From a virus: a DNA stretch of 64,000 nt. The position numbers and the translations under genes are program-made. The notes under the pieces are model-generated. The model did not search any database. It was not told the DNA's origin and worked only from the letters and a program-made list of their open reading frames with translations. Shown here piece by piece: positions 47,801 through 58,800 of this stretch. The DNA lies in the IMG/VR virus record IMGVR_UViG_3300020406_000804, positions 1 through 64,000 of that record. One strand, given 5' to 3'. The stretch's first letter is position 1, and every line of letters starts with the position of its first letter.

Positions 47801-48400
47801 AAAGAAAACGACTCAAATAAATATGATTTAGATACAAAATCAGAATTAAAAATTATATCTTTTGAAAAAAGCATGTATAATATTATATCAAAGGATATGG
47901 TGCAATTTTTATCGGGCATAAAGTCTTTTAATAACTTAATAGGTGATCCTGTCAATAAATATAGAAAAAATTATAAATTGTTATCTAATTTGAGGAGTAA
48001 ATATTTCTTTAATTTAAAAAATGAAAATCAGTTTGAAAGATATGTGAATTATTATAAGTGGATTGATAAAACAGTAGGCGTTTTTTTGAATCAGGTTGTA
48101 CCAGCTGGCGTTCATTCAAACACGGGAATAGAAAACGTAGTTGAAAGTCATATTTTAGAGAGGAATAAAATTGACTATAAGCTTGCCTCTATAAAGCATT
48201 ACGAACCAGAAGCCATTGAGGCCAGTTTGATAAATGGAAGAAAGTTTACTGAGACTGCAGAAGGCGGATGGACCACGCTTATAATCCCAGCCGACGCTGA
48301 GGAAGACCCACGCCAGGGCCCTGAAGGTCAAACATTGCTCCAGGTTTTTGAGACGTCCAAAAGTCAAAACTTTGATGGAAAAAATCACTTTCCTGATTAG
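44891..48400 (+). CDS. LamG/concanavalin-like domain structural protein (baseplate/tail)
   Basis: YYPFDG, TIEFWL, DSKWHHY, SGSVDSFRFWK, RKGTESS, ESHILERNK. Confidence 0.7.
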   Translation: MTDFNLKNPTDINKNKSFTKKDNIHLVSERNELASKKLDSDKILQIYSEYANTFKPPIQPLEPSTFSNYGKASQYYEDSIYSIINYYPFDGTMEENIAWFISSSHLETSLFQQEWPTSVGHLNFDHSQYLSFYSGPQAIQESEFIGQARNNESGLKLDPDKGNTIEFWLRKEAFDASKQDREILFEIGSYPNKLPSSASSTLQVYLTTSAGNCFRMNYNSGSTSVSDLAIGPSTMSSSVVADSKWHHYVLSIFQNDKILNVKMYKDGQALNTVTNTLSTAMGPIDSYMAGTIGSSLLAQSGSLSGSVDSFRFWKGLRNSREIERYYDKKVHASDHTEKDYTNRLGASFRFNQPTIGSSTVDSLVLDHSGNDITARIKNYTTSTRVATSAIDLSDSANTEIKDPILKEAHSSVESLRQRLAKIAKSYDLENLNSLERILPSWARSSLYGFEDTKELDLLLHLMATVFDSVKINLDALRLNTRPEYADSRNPLYETSQSSNISSSLEKPADLDYDIVNNQFSQNKIDFMARVIENYGIELNNYYPLWHSEIEEVVESIVGNIRLERSIYETQNLIYDCLANASAYVLRRKGTESSFRSILNAAGLGKDLISTNIIGKYSNIYLNDSKFDLVTRKKKSISFIDNEEANIHLTSLNSNQRSYIAADTNETEYTFEGNFIFPKKKKTFHNVQDSSVFGVQSVSAINNNLTFASPNNASFEIVVSKESLLSNTAKFKLMSSNVELAGMTSSYYNDIYDSSVWNLALKITKDVDNSFIPVSSPSYLVEFVGKNYISDELRNSFHLSKSLTNTEYTNFKNANKTVFIGANRTNITGSVIIKSDIKVLDFNGWGTSLSDEELSHRAKTLTTFGTNRPFLFENLNNAENIPISDRLYLKMQTDNLTSIPEDNSLIIQDEIFGDQEKRDFFSHLDPKAGFSYPFTTFNFTNNLDNSISLEFLSAVENIPIGNIHGTDGIEIKENDSNKYDLDTKSELKIISFEKSMYNIISKDMVQFLSGIKSFNNLIGDPVNKYRKNYKLLSNLRSKYFFNLKNENQFERYVNYYKWIDKTVGVFLNQVVPAGVHSNTGIENVVESHILERNKIDYKLASIKHYEPEAIEASLINGRKFTETAEGGWTTLIIPADAEEDPRQGPEGQTLLQVFETSKSQNFDGKNHFPD

Positions 48401-48426
48401 AAATATAAGAAAAAGGATATTTAAAA

Positions 48427-51400
48427 GTGTCATTATATAGAACTCACATTTTAAGAATGATCGAAGTAGAAAACTCCGCTTCACTTATGAGCCCCTTTAT
48501 GGAGCTACCTCAACGCGAAACTGTCTTCAGGATTGGCCAAGGCGGCGTCCCATCAAACTCCGGCCCGTCTACTGGCGCCGAACCGGTGCCGTCTAATTTC
48601 GGCGCGGGGTTTTATAATATCATCAACATACGATCCGGCCGCGAGGGATCCGGAACCCAAGGTGCCTCTACTGGCGCCGAGAATAGCCCTCACGGCAACT
48701 ATGATAGAGACTATGAAATTGTCCAAACTGCGGGCAGACTTACCAATAATAGATCTCTCGTTGCGACTGCATCTTCTTTCGGCACAGGCGCCGAGACTTA
48801 CTTTGATTCAGAATACTTGACTGGGACTGTTGACTTTGTCAGAAGAGACAGGCAAAAAAATAATCATATAATTGTTTCCACTTTTTATGGAATGCACGGA
48901 CCAGAAACACATGGCATTTTTGCAACAGATAGAGATACAGAAGAATATAATCTTTACAATACAATGAATTATAGAAACTCTATGGTCAGAGGAATTTTAA
49001 ACGAGTTATCTGCAGAGCACTCTAGGCAGTTTGGTCTTTCGGGCAGAATAAGATCAGGTGTTTACATACCGTCGTTCCACAAAGTTCATAGAAATCCTAA
49101 AAGATTAGCTGGCGCTGGCCAAGACCAGCCAATTTATGATAACCTATTTGTACAAAATCATATGCCTCAAAATGATTTTGGGTACTGTTGGATATCTAAA
49201 TCTTCAAGTGATACCGTTTATCAATTTTTAGAAAAAAATGCTAATTACGGACACCAACACTCTTTTTCAATATCTGGCTCGCTAGAATCATCGGAAACAC
49301 TATCTTTTATTACATCATCTTCTTTAAATTCAAAGCTGGATTTCTTATATTTAAATACTCATAATTCAAAAAGCCTTGATCTTCAATCGGGATTGATTAC
49401 TAATTTTTCTAATTCTTTAAATTCTATATTATTAAATAATAACGGGCCCTATGGCTGGCCAAGTTGGAAGCAAATAAGAAATTCATATAATCCTTTGGTT
49501 AGAGCATATAGGAAAAACAATATTTTTACAACAGTTTTTAGAGATACTTCTCCAAATGTATTTGCGCTCCCTGGTACAAAGTGGGACTATAAGAATACTA
49601 AAGAGGACCACCGGCCGAAAACAAAACCTAGAACAATAAAACAATACAAAGAAGTGCCGGTTACAAATAGATACTATCCGCTAGTATTTACCATTCAGCC
49701 AACATCCGACACTGAAATATTAAATATTATGATGTCCCAGGGAAAACGAGTTAACTCGCAACAATATTCAAGCATGCTATGGAATATAGACTGGGCCGCA
49801 GCGTCAGAGGCTTTAAACTTTGAAATACCAGCGGTTCAAACAATAGTTCAGTCTTCAATACAAAATAATTTAACTTCATATTCAAATGAAGAGTTTAGAG
49901 ATGAAAAGGGATATTTCGAAACTGATTTTCTAGATTCTAAAGATTTGCATGATTTAAATATGTTTATTAGAGAGGCGGTAAATAATCAATCGGGCCTAGA
50001 CAATAGCTATCAGTTAAATTATACTGAGAAAATATATCCTTTAGAAGTAAATACGTATACTTCAGTTTCTAGAGACAGGGAAAGGTTTGTATTTTTTGGT
50101 TGGAACCCCGAAGCTTCACAGAGAACATTAAAAATGTCAGGAAATATTGAATATTCAAATTTTCTTTTTCCAAATATAAATATGTTTCCTGATATTGCAG
50201 CTGTAAAGGAGGAGAGCGAGTTTGACAAAAGCTATTATAATCGCTATGACTCTATAGATTTAAATAATTTTAATAATTCCGCTAGCTTTGATAAGCTAAA
50301 TCACTTAACACAAAGTACCTGGGTTTTGGATTCTAGAGTGAACTTTGCTCAAAACCCAGTAAATATAACACAATCATTTTTCAACAATTCATCAAGTTTT
50401 ATGGAAAGCAGATCACAAGGCACCCGAGGCGCAGGAATTTTACAAAATGATTTTAGTCTTTTTCCTCTTGGCATAAATGCTCTTCTAGGCGCACCACCAA
50501 TAGCTCCGTTATATAGCAGAAGAGTTATTCAAAACTATAATTCTGACGCATATCTTGCTGGTGAGGCAAAGTGGGAAGCTGCCGACAATCATCCTGTAGG
50601 GCCATTTTACAAAGATTACGACACTTACTCTGAAGAAGTAAAACTAGTTGGCCAAGATTACTCTCTAGTACCAGAATTTAGAATAAGTAAATATGTAGAC
50701 GATATACTTACCACTTTAGACGAAGATAAGATTACAGAAAACATGCAGGATTTTTTAGAGGTCACAGGAGCGCTATATCACACCTCTTCAGAGGATGTAC
50801 AGATAGGTAGGCAATTTTTTAAAACTTATTCAAATAGCGAATTTTTAAAATATTTCAAACCCTTACAAAAAAATAATGCATTGAATAATTTTAATCTTGA
50901 GCCAACTTCACTAACCTTAAAATGCAAAGCTGTCAAGAGATTTTTACCATACCGTGGTTTCTACCCAGCAGAAAGAGTCGTCCAATTATCTGAAATTTTT
51001 AATAAAAACTATATGCCAGAAGGTTCTTTTGAAACAGAAGTTATATCAACTCAAAGTTTAATTTCCTCTTCAGCACAGGCAGACAGGGTGATTAGGGCTA
51101 GAATTGAAAACTCAAAGGCCATGGCCTTGAAGCCGCTCTTGGGCCCCGGGGTCTTAATGAATTCAATCAAATCAGGTGTTGCAGTTGATTATCCAATGTT
51201 TTCTTCTTCTGTATCCCAATCTTTGGAAGCTATAAAAAATAATACAACTGGCAGTAATCTAGATATGCTAAACACCCATGCAGTGTTTGGCACTGGTGGC
51301 TTGTGTTTTACGGGGTCAGTACTAAACTCCTCAGCTGATGCTGGTATTCCAAGAATAACCGGGTCTATTTCTAGAAGAATAACTTTTGAAGATATTTTAG

Positions 51401-54237
51401 ATCCTAGTCGCCTATACAACGAAGTTATATATGACAATGAGCCGCATCCAAGTTCTAGTTTGCTTTACGGATCTTCTTTCCACTTTTCTGTGCTTGAGAG
51501 ACCTGCTAGATTTGGAACCTTGGATGTAGATCAAACCCGAACAAATACCGGTGTTGAATTTAAGAATACCGAACTGCAGTTCAGCGATAAAATTGCACCA
51601 TTCAGATCAGCTGTACAAAATTTTTGTTCGGAAACAGTTAATTTTTTCTTAAACGAAGGAAAATTAACAACGATTTTATCTAATCCTGTTTCACCCAGGC
51701 TATTAAACGGAAAACAGTACAAGATGTTTGTATATCTAGAAAATACAGGCATCTCTACATATGATAGACACTCATCTTTTGGTCCACCTGTCGATGCGGG
51801 AACAGTTCGCGTTCAGAGGTATGAGTTTGCAACAGCCTCAACGGGTGTACAGGCTAGTGGTTCGTTGAAGCTAACTGGCAGCTATTCAAATGCCAGTTCT
51901 CTGCACGGAGTTGACTTCACCTTAAAGGCAGTTAACTCGCTAGAGAGAACATATAAATTTTCTACGGGCTCATCCCCGGTAACTGGACAACTTGACTCTG
52001 GAAAATATATAATCAAAATTACAGGTATGAATACTTCTAATATTTTAAATGAAATAAATACTGCAATAACAGACGTGCACAGTGGGTCTATAAATGTAAC
52101 GGTAGTCGCACCAAGTAGCAGCGTTACATTTACTCAGGCTGAAACTGGAAGTGTTGGCAATCACTCTATAAGCAAGTCAGGCGCGCAGGCTTCAAATGTA
52201 TCTGTTTTAGGGTTCTTAGGAGGGCAGACCGGATCAATTACAACTTCCAAATTTCTATCATCAACAAATGTTAACGAGAATAGCTCTCATGGATATTTGC
52301 CATATGTGCCACCATTTTTGGATCCAAAAACTACCCCATATGCTGAAGTCTCATTCACTCCAAGTAATACAGATAACTTTAGCATAAAAGAGATTATCGA
52401 GGGTAGCACAATAACTTATTATAATATGAAAGCACCCAGTAACCCAAATACGAATACAAATTATATAAACTCAATGAATGTCGGAGCCAGCTTAAAATTA
52501 GATAAGTTTGTAAGATTAAAAGGTGACAATTTTAGTTTTGAAACGGTTGACGACCCTTCTGGAGCGACGGTCTCTGAATCTCCAATAGGAAATACTGACA
52601 AGTATCGGTGGGTCATACAGACTCGATGGGAAACCCCAGTTTTAAATTTTGAAAACGTATCCTCAAGTATTTTAGATATATCTAATAACTCAGTTGCAAA
52701 AGTTAATAATTCTCCATATAAGACGCGGTTTCAAGATAATTACTATATAGAAAGATCATCATCCTTGACGCCTTATCTTACTGGATCTAGGGGTATGTGG
52801 CACCAGAAAGGAGAATTACTTGATCATAACTCTAATAAAGGGTATATTCTAGGTATTGCTGGGCCCCATGTTGAAAACGAAGATGCTGAAATACAAAATT
52901 TGGCAGTTGCTTTAGGTTTTGCACCCAAAGAGTCACAAAGATCTAATAACGCACAAGAAATAAGGTATCGAAAAACTAAACTTGGAAAATTATCAAAAGA
53001 CAAGAAAATTTGTGAAGCGGTCGTCGCGATACCGTATTATACTGATAATAAGGGAAAGATAATACTTTTTTCGGTTTCCAAAAGTATGCTGACAAAAGCA
53101 AAGTCTTTCAACAAAAGAAGAAAAGATCAATTCAGGATAAATTATAGAAATAAGCAGAACGACTATCAATCTTCGTTAAAGATGATACAGGAGTATGATG
53201 ATTTTTACGGCGACACAGGCCGCTCTGCAGTGTCAAGTTTGGCGTACCAATTAAGAATGTTGGATAAGTATGTCTTACCCCCGCAATTTGACTTTGTAAG
53301 AAATGAAAATGTTGAAGCCCATGTGCAGTTTATTTTTCAATTTCAGGCTAACTTGAAAGAATCAGATCTTGCAGAGATGTGGCAAAATTTGTACCCCTCT
53401 AGTGGCCAAGGGGCTTCAGTTGCTCAGCATTCACGAGTCTTTAAAAATAGAGAAGATGAAAACAATAACAGAAAAGAATCAGAACTAGATACAGAGTATG
53501 TTACATGCAACATTAACATGCAAGATGCAATAAATAACCAATCGACATTTCAGAATCCAGAAATGTTTATGAAAGAAAAAGTCCGATGGCTAATATTTAA
53601 ATCTAAATTTAGAGGGATGAGTAACTACAATAAGCTTGTAAACAAGTCAATCTCCTTGTTTGAAGAGGATATAATAAAAGAGGAGAAAGATCTTATTACA
53701 GATAACCTAGACCCAGGTTTTTTCTTTAACAACTATGGCTATAATTGGCCATATGATTATTTTTCAGTTGTAGAATTAGCAGAAGTTGAAGCAAAAATAG
53801 ATTTTAATCCTAAAGGCCCGACACTAGAAGAACAAATTGAAATTGAAGAAGCCGTAGAAGATTTAATTTTAGAGTTTACGGGGGCAGCAACAGTCACAAC
53901 TCAAGTCCCAGAAGCAGTTTCAGCAGACCCGAAGCAGACAGATTTTGTTGCCAAAAACTTTATAACGGCTGTAAACAGTGGATCAATTGACCAAATAACC
54001 TTAAGCAGAACCCTGAAGGAAGCAGGAACTTCACCACCATCTCCGGCAAACCAGATAACGATAGATTTGCCAGATGGTTTTGCAGTAATTCCTGGAACTG
54101 AATCTATTTTTGTAAACGGTGTACTTCAAGTCCAAGGCGCTGGCAGTGATTATGTTTTATCTACCAATACAATAAACTTTACTTACGATTTGCAGACTAT
54201 AGATATAGTAAAAGCTAATTATATAATGAATAATTGA
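48427..54237 (+). CDS. large virion structural protein (tail/baseplate)
   Basis: 1936-aa ORF; C-terminal IFVNGVLQ..GSDY beta module of the kind seen in tail proteins. The start may be ATG 48457. Confidence 0.65.
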   Translation: MSLYRTHILRMIEVENSASLMSPFMELPQRETVFRIGQGGVPSNSGPSTGAEPVPSNFGAGFYNIINIRSGREGSGTQGASTGAENSPHGNYDRDYEIVQTAGRLTNNRSLVATASSFGTGAETYFDSEYLTGTVDFVRRDRQKNNHIIVSTFYGMHGPETHGIFATDRDTEEYNLYNTMNYRNSMVRGILNELSAEHSRQFGLSGRIRSGVYIPSFHKVHRNPKRLAGAGQDQPIYDNLFVQNHMPQNDFGYCWISKSSSDTVYQFLEKNANYGHQHSFSISGSLESSETLSFITSSSLNSKLDFLYLNTHNSKSLDLQSGLITNFSNSLNSILLNNNGPYGWPSWKQIRNSYNPLVRAYRKNNIFTTVFRDTSPNVFALPGTKWDYKNTKEDHRPKTKPRTIKQYKEVPVTNRYYPLVFTIQPTSDTEILNIMMSQGKRVNSQQYSSMLWNIDWAAASEALNFEIPAVQTIVQSSIQNNLTSYSNEEFRDEKGYFETDFLDSKDLHDLNMFIREAVNNQSGLDNSYQLNYTEKIYPLEVNTYTSVSRDRERFVFFGWNPEASQRTLKMSGNIEYSNFLFPNINMFPDIAAVKEESEFDKSYYNRYDSIDLNNFNNSASFDKLNHLTQSTWVLDSRVNFAQNPVNITQSFFNNSSSFMESRSQGTRGAGILQNDFSLFPLGINALLGAPPIAPLYSRRVIQNYNSDAYLAGEAKWEAADNHPVGPFYKDYDTYSEEVKLVGQDYSLVPEFRISKYVDDILTTLDEDKITENMQDFLEVTGALYHTSSEDVQIGRQFFKTYSNSEFLKYFKPLQKNNALNNFNLEPTSLTLKCKAVKRFLPYRGFYPAERVVQLSEIFNKNYMPEGSFETEVISTQSLISSSAQADRVIRARIENSKAMALKPLLGPGVLMNSIKSGVAVDYPMFSSSVSQSLEAIKNNTTGSNLDMLNTHAVFGTGGLCFTGSVLNSSADAGIPRITGSISRRITFEDILDPSRLYNEVIYDNEPHPSSSLLYGSSFHFSVLERPARFGTLDVDQTRTNTGVEFKNTELQFSDKIAPFRSAVQNFCSETVNFFLNEGKLTTILSNPVSPRLLNGKQYKMFVYLENTGISTYDRHSSFGPPVDAGTVRVQRYEFATASTGVQASGSLKLTGSYSNASSLHGVDFTLKAVNSLERTYKFSTGSSPVTGQLDSGKYIIKITGMNTSNILNEINTAITDVHSGSINVTVVAPSSSVTFTQAETGSVGNHSISKSGAQASNVSVLGFLGGQTGSITTSKFLSSTNVNENSSHGYLPYVPPFLDPKTTPYAEVSFTPSNTDNFSIKEIIEGSTITYYNMKAPSNPNTNTNYINSMNVGASLKLDKFVRLKGDNFSFETVDDPSGATVSESPIGNTDKYRWVIQTRWETPVLNFENVSSSILDISNNSVAKVNNSPYKTRFQDNYYIERSSSLTPYLTGSRGMWHQKGELLDHNSNKGYILGIAGPHVENEDAEIQNLAVALGFAPKESQRSNNAQEIRYRKTKLGKLSKDKKICEAVVAIPYYTDNKGKIILFSVSKSMLTKAKSFNKRRKDQFRINYRNKQNDYQSSLKMIQEYDDFYGDTGRSAVSSLAYQLRMLDKYVLPPQFDFVRNENVEAHVQFIFQFQANLKESDLAEMWQNLYPSSGQGASVAQHSRVFKNREDENNNRKESELDTEYVTCNINMQDAINNQSTFQNPEMFMKEKVRWLIFKSKFRGMSNYNKLVNKSISLFEEDIIKEEKDLITDNLDPGFFFNNYGYNWPYDYFSVVELAEVEAKIDFNPKGPTLEEQIEIEEAVEDLILEFTGAATVTTQVPEAVSADPKQTDFVAKNFITAVNSGSIDQITLSRTLKEAGTSPPSPANQITIDLPDGFAVIPGTESIFVNGVLQVQGAGSDYVLSTNTINFTYDLQTIDIVKANYIMNN

Positions 54238-54264
54238 TAAATTTTTTAGAAATGGTGTTTTAAT

Positions 54265-55818
54265 ATGGAATTTTTTGATAAAAAAGAAGAAGTAATAGAT
54301 GTTAAATTAACAAGATATGGCAGGAACTTGCTATCTAAAGGCATGTTCCGCCCGCAATATTATATGTTTTTTGACGATGACATACTATACAATTCACAAA
54401 AAGCTGGGTTCACAGAATCACAAAACTCTACAGAAGTAAGAATTTTAGAAGAAACTCCAAAGCTTAAAACACAATATACAGTTTTGCCAATAGAAGAGCC
54501 ATTTGAATCACCCGTGCCAGACGCTGCAAGAGAGTCTGTAACAGCAGCGATGATGTCGGATACACCAACGCCGCATTTTTCTGAGATGAACTTTGAAGAC
54601 CTTGTTAACCCGGGGCAGTATAACTTAATTAGCGAAGAACAGCGCCAAGAGCAGATGTTTAATCAGTTCCAGAGAGGCGGCGGAAGCATGATGTCTTCGC
54701 TCGAAAGAGTTGAAGCGCAAAGAGCAGCCATGGAAGACCTGCGAGAGCGACTGCGCTCCGCTGGTTATTCGCCCGGAGGAGAGCCGTATGGCGAACGTCG
54801 CACTCGTGAAAATCAAGACCGCGCACGCCGCGAATGGGAGGAGGAATATGGCTATTTGTTTGAGGAACAAAATAACCAATCCTCTCAAATGCAACAATTC
54901 TTGATTGCAAACACCGGTAGAGACGATGTAGCCGCGGAAGATGTTGTTGCCGATAACATGACTGAGGATACGAGACAAAGACTCGACCAATTGGCCTCCC
55001 TAGCCTCCGGCGCCGGGGGCATGGCTCGAATGGACCCGCGCCGCGACACGGAAACGGAAACAGCCAGTCCACTGCAAAGCGCATTTTTAGGTAGAGGCAT
55101 GGATATTACCTCTGAAACCATGAAGCAAACCTCTACCGGGCTCCCTGGGGGCATGGATCTTGCGGAACCGCTAGACGGCGAAAGGATGGTCGGTTTTCTT
55201 TTGGGAGGCGCTGGAATAAGTATTCTTGAGCGAACATCCCGTGCCCGCGGCGCTGTACCAACAGGCGCCGGCGCTAGTTACAATCTGCAAGAAAGGGCCT
55301 TGCTGTATCCACTATACAATCAAGAAATACAAAGCAAAACAGCACCCGCCTTCGATGTTTTTAGTTTGGACACTAACTTCTCAGGTTCTGTAACTTATCA
55401 ACATTTTACTAGTTCTGGGATATTAAAAAATGTACCTCAATTAACAATGTCGCCGCAATATGAAATAATAAAGGACTCTTCCGCCTTGAGACCACCTACT
55501 ACGATAACTTCTGAAACTCATTTCGATTTAACCGGAGACGAAATTATTTTTGCAGATAACTCAAAATTGACTTTGAGGAAAGAGGAAATTATATTAGACA
55601 TAGAAGAAATTAGTACTTTTGTGGGCAGTGATAACTTTACATTAGAGGTGTTTGAAATGAAAAAAACAGCCTCAGGTAAAGACATTCTAGAAAAACTAGA
55701 AGATATAAATTCTATTAGACATTTTTTTCACATAAAAGCCGATGAATCAATTAATTTTTCGGGAGTTCAACATTTATCTAAAAAACAAAGAAATGACAAA
55801 AAGAGGTTTGATTTATAA
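54265..55818 (+). CDS. structural protein with central GC-rich low-complexity insert
   Basis: Globular-looking N-terminus MEFFDKKEEVIDVKLTRYGR..YYMFFDDDILY; insert at about 54500-55280. Confidence 0.65.
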   Translation: MEFFDKKEEVIDVKLTRYGRNLLSKGMFRPQYYMFFDDDILYNSQKAGFTESQNSTEVRILEETPKLKTQYTVLPIEEPFESPVPDAARESVTAAMMSDTPTPHFSEMNFEDLVNPGQYNLISEEQRQEQMFNQFQRGGGSMMSSLERVEAQRAAMEDLRERLRSAGYSPGGEPYGERRTRENQDRARREWEEEYGYLFEEQNNQSSQMQQFLIANTGRDDVAAEDVVADNMTEDTRQRLDQLASLASGAGGMARMDPRRDTETETASPLQSAFLGRGMDITSETMKQTSTGLPGGMDLAEPLDGERMVGFLLGGAGISILERTSRARGAVPTGAGASYNLQERALLYPLYNQEIQSKTAPAFDVFSLDTNFSGSVTYQHFTSSGILKNVPQLTMSPQYEIIKDSSALRPPTTITSETHFDLTGDEIIFADNSKLTLRKEEIILDIEEISTFVGSDNFTLEVFEMKKTASGKDILEKLEDINSIRHFFHIKADESINFSGVQHLSKKQRNDKKRFDL

Positions 55819-58800
55819 TGGTAGAACTTAGGAATTTAGACTTTCCAATACTGGAAACCAAAAAAATAACACTTTCAAAAGACAAAAATGATGAAGAAAT
55901 CCTAAGGGTTGAAATTGATTACGCCTTAAGATCGAGATCCCCCCTCACTAGTTCAGGACTTAAAACTAGTCTTAGTTCTTTATATGTTTACTTTTTGGTT
56001 CTTGATAATATAGAGTTTGAGAAACTTTATTCATCTTTATCTTCACCTCAGCGCAAAATAGCTATTCAAAATATACTTAATCACAGTTATGGCAATATTC
56101 TTTTTAAGCATAGCAATTTAATTAGAGTTTCTTTAGCTGACGTCTTGAACACCTCATCATCACCAACTTTGAGAGGCAGGGGAGAGCTTGGTACTGGTGC
56201 ATTTAGTAGTATCGCCCCCAGCCCATCTAATACAAGAGAAATGATGTCAAAAATCACAATAAAATACTCCAACCGCGCGCTCTTCTCCACCGCCGGGTCC
56301 CCATTCCGACCAGGCACCGCGACAGGCTCGACACACTCTAGATCCGTTGGCGGCTTACATCTTCTGTGCTTTTTAGACTCTTCAGAAAATAACTCTAGTA
56401 GATCGGCAAGTACGGACTTAACTTATGATCACTTGCTTGAATACAATAGCCAGACAAGAAGATTAGCAATTCCCAAAACAAGAAAATCATTTTTTATAAA
56501 CGATCCCGAATATCCTGAAGTGCTTGGTCAGGCTTATCAGGGACCTGTGCATTACCACAGTACCCTAAATCCTGGCGCCAACGGTTATGTTGGCTGGATG
56601 GCCGGATCCAATAAACCAGGGCACCCAATGGGCCCTCACTTGTCTGTAAAGGAAATAACCAACTATAAAGTTCATTCTGACTCGTTTGTAGATATGGCAC
56701 CAGAACTACAGATTCCGATTGTTTCTTTAAACTCAACTTCTGATACTGGTAGAAAACTTATAAGTTTTTCAAATGTAGCCAACGGTGGCTCTGGCACTGG
56801 AGGCGCAACAACCGGACAAAGACCGGCAGGTCCCGGCGCCACAACTTCCTTGAGAGAAAGAAACGAGCTTTCAAATTCCATTCACGCCGGCTCGAAAAAA
56901 AATGAAACATTTGTAACAAAAGAGACAAAGCGCACCGCGCACTATAGGTCGATTTCTGCAACAAACAATGGGCACATTGATTCAAATTATTGTGGATCTG
57001 TTATCGGGATTAATGTTTTAAAATTATTAAAAAACAATTCAATGCTTGGGACTTTTATAAACTTGCACTTGAAAAAGAAAAATTCAGCAATAGTGAGAGA
57101 AATATTAAAATTTTTTGAAATTAAATATTTTTGTGTAAAGAGAGATAAAATAGAAGAAGATTATAAAAATGTAAATACAAGGAGCACAAGGGTAGAAACA
57201 ACCGATAAAGAAAAGTCCATAGACCTAATAACATCCAGAGATATTAATCCTGGAAAATTAGGGTCAGCACTCAATTCCAGGGCGAGTATTGAGCAGATAG
57301 ACTTGGCTTTTTTTGATGGTACACTTCCACCTCCAAATATTAAAAACTACCTTCTAAAAGATTATGATCTTTTTCATAATTATGACCATGGAAAATACAC
57401 TTATTCTGTGGAGGTGCATTTTACAGACGCACCTATAAAATATGTACAGAATTTAGAAGCTGTTTTGAGTGTTGCAGTCTCATTTTTTTCTCAATATGTT
57501 TCCGTTGCAGAGGCGCCGGCGGTATATGATAGTACAGGGCAACATCTGTACGGTGCCTATGATCCTGTAAAAAAGCGGCAAGTAAAGGCTTTTGCCAACG
57601 ACGTTCGGCTCAACAAATATGTTAGCCTAGCGATTAAAGCATATTCCGAGTCGTATACGTTTTTCTCAGGAAGGCGAAAAAATTTAAATCAGTTGGCTAA
57701 GCAAATAATGACTTTTAATTATAATCAAAAAACCGCGAAAGACTTTTTAAGAAATTTGATTAAGATGCAAAAACATACAATAAAATTTTTAAAAAAATTT
57801 TCAAGTTATAGTAAGACAGATCAAGTAAATGGTAAAAGTGTACATGTTGAAAGTAAAACTGGTTCCATGGGCTCAGATCTTCTTCAATCATCTTCTAACA
57901 CCAATATCGTACACGATGTTTCAAATCTAAACGAAGTTTTAATAGACAATGTCCCACCTACTGGACTGAGCGAAGAGTTTCCTTCTAAAACAAACTTTTT
58001 GAGAGGATTGCAACTACATCGCCCCACGGCCGGCGCAAACAAAATTTTAGAATATGTACCAGGTAGATATGTTAATATCTCAAAAAGCAGATACGAGGTA
58101 GACCACAATACAACAAGTGTCTCAAACTCGATATCAAGCCCAAGTTCAATAATAAGTTTAAAAAGAGTGTCCCGTCGTCCTGGCGTAAAGGTGTTTATTA
58201 GTGGCAGAAACTCAACGTTTCTTCAAAAATCTAGATATGATAGGTTATCTTCTGACCAGAAGTTTGTTTTTGATACAAAATTAGCGGTTTTAAAATCTAA
58301 CCGAGGCTCTAATTCGGATTTAAAATCAAAGCCAAACGAATTTTTTCCAGGTTTTTTACAAACAAATAATTCTGCTTTATCAATTTCTGCTTCTGGTTTT
58401 GCTAAATTCAAAAATTCTAAAGATGAAGATAAAATTTTTGAAAAAGTATTGGGCAGAATTATCCCTGATATGTCTAGTGAAATGCAAACAAACATACTAA
58501 CTTCTGCTTTTAATGCTAAAGACTTTAAAGAGTTTGAAAAATCAATTAATGATACCTATAAGGAACAGATTTCTCTTAGGAAAACGCTTGGTGTTTTTTA
58601 TCAAAATTTCCATAGATACTTAAGCTTTAATAGATTGCTAAATAAGCAGAGAATTAACAAATTAGATTACAGACAAATATTTAATAGGGGAGAGGCCAGA
58701 GCAACATTACAAACAAATGAGACAATGACAAATCAAGATATATTTGAAACAGAAAAATTTAGAATAGTGTGCGTCACTCCAGGATTGGGAAATGCTTACA

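Noticed and set aside
48380-48430. Programmed frameshift or TAG readthrough joining the two large tail ORFs
   Set aside because: Readthrough meets TAA at 48422, and the downstream frame is closed by TAA at 48406, so the open frames do not overlap.
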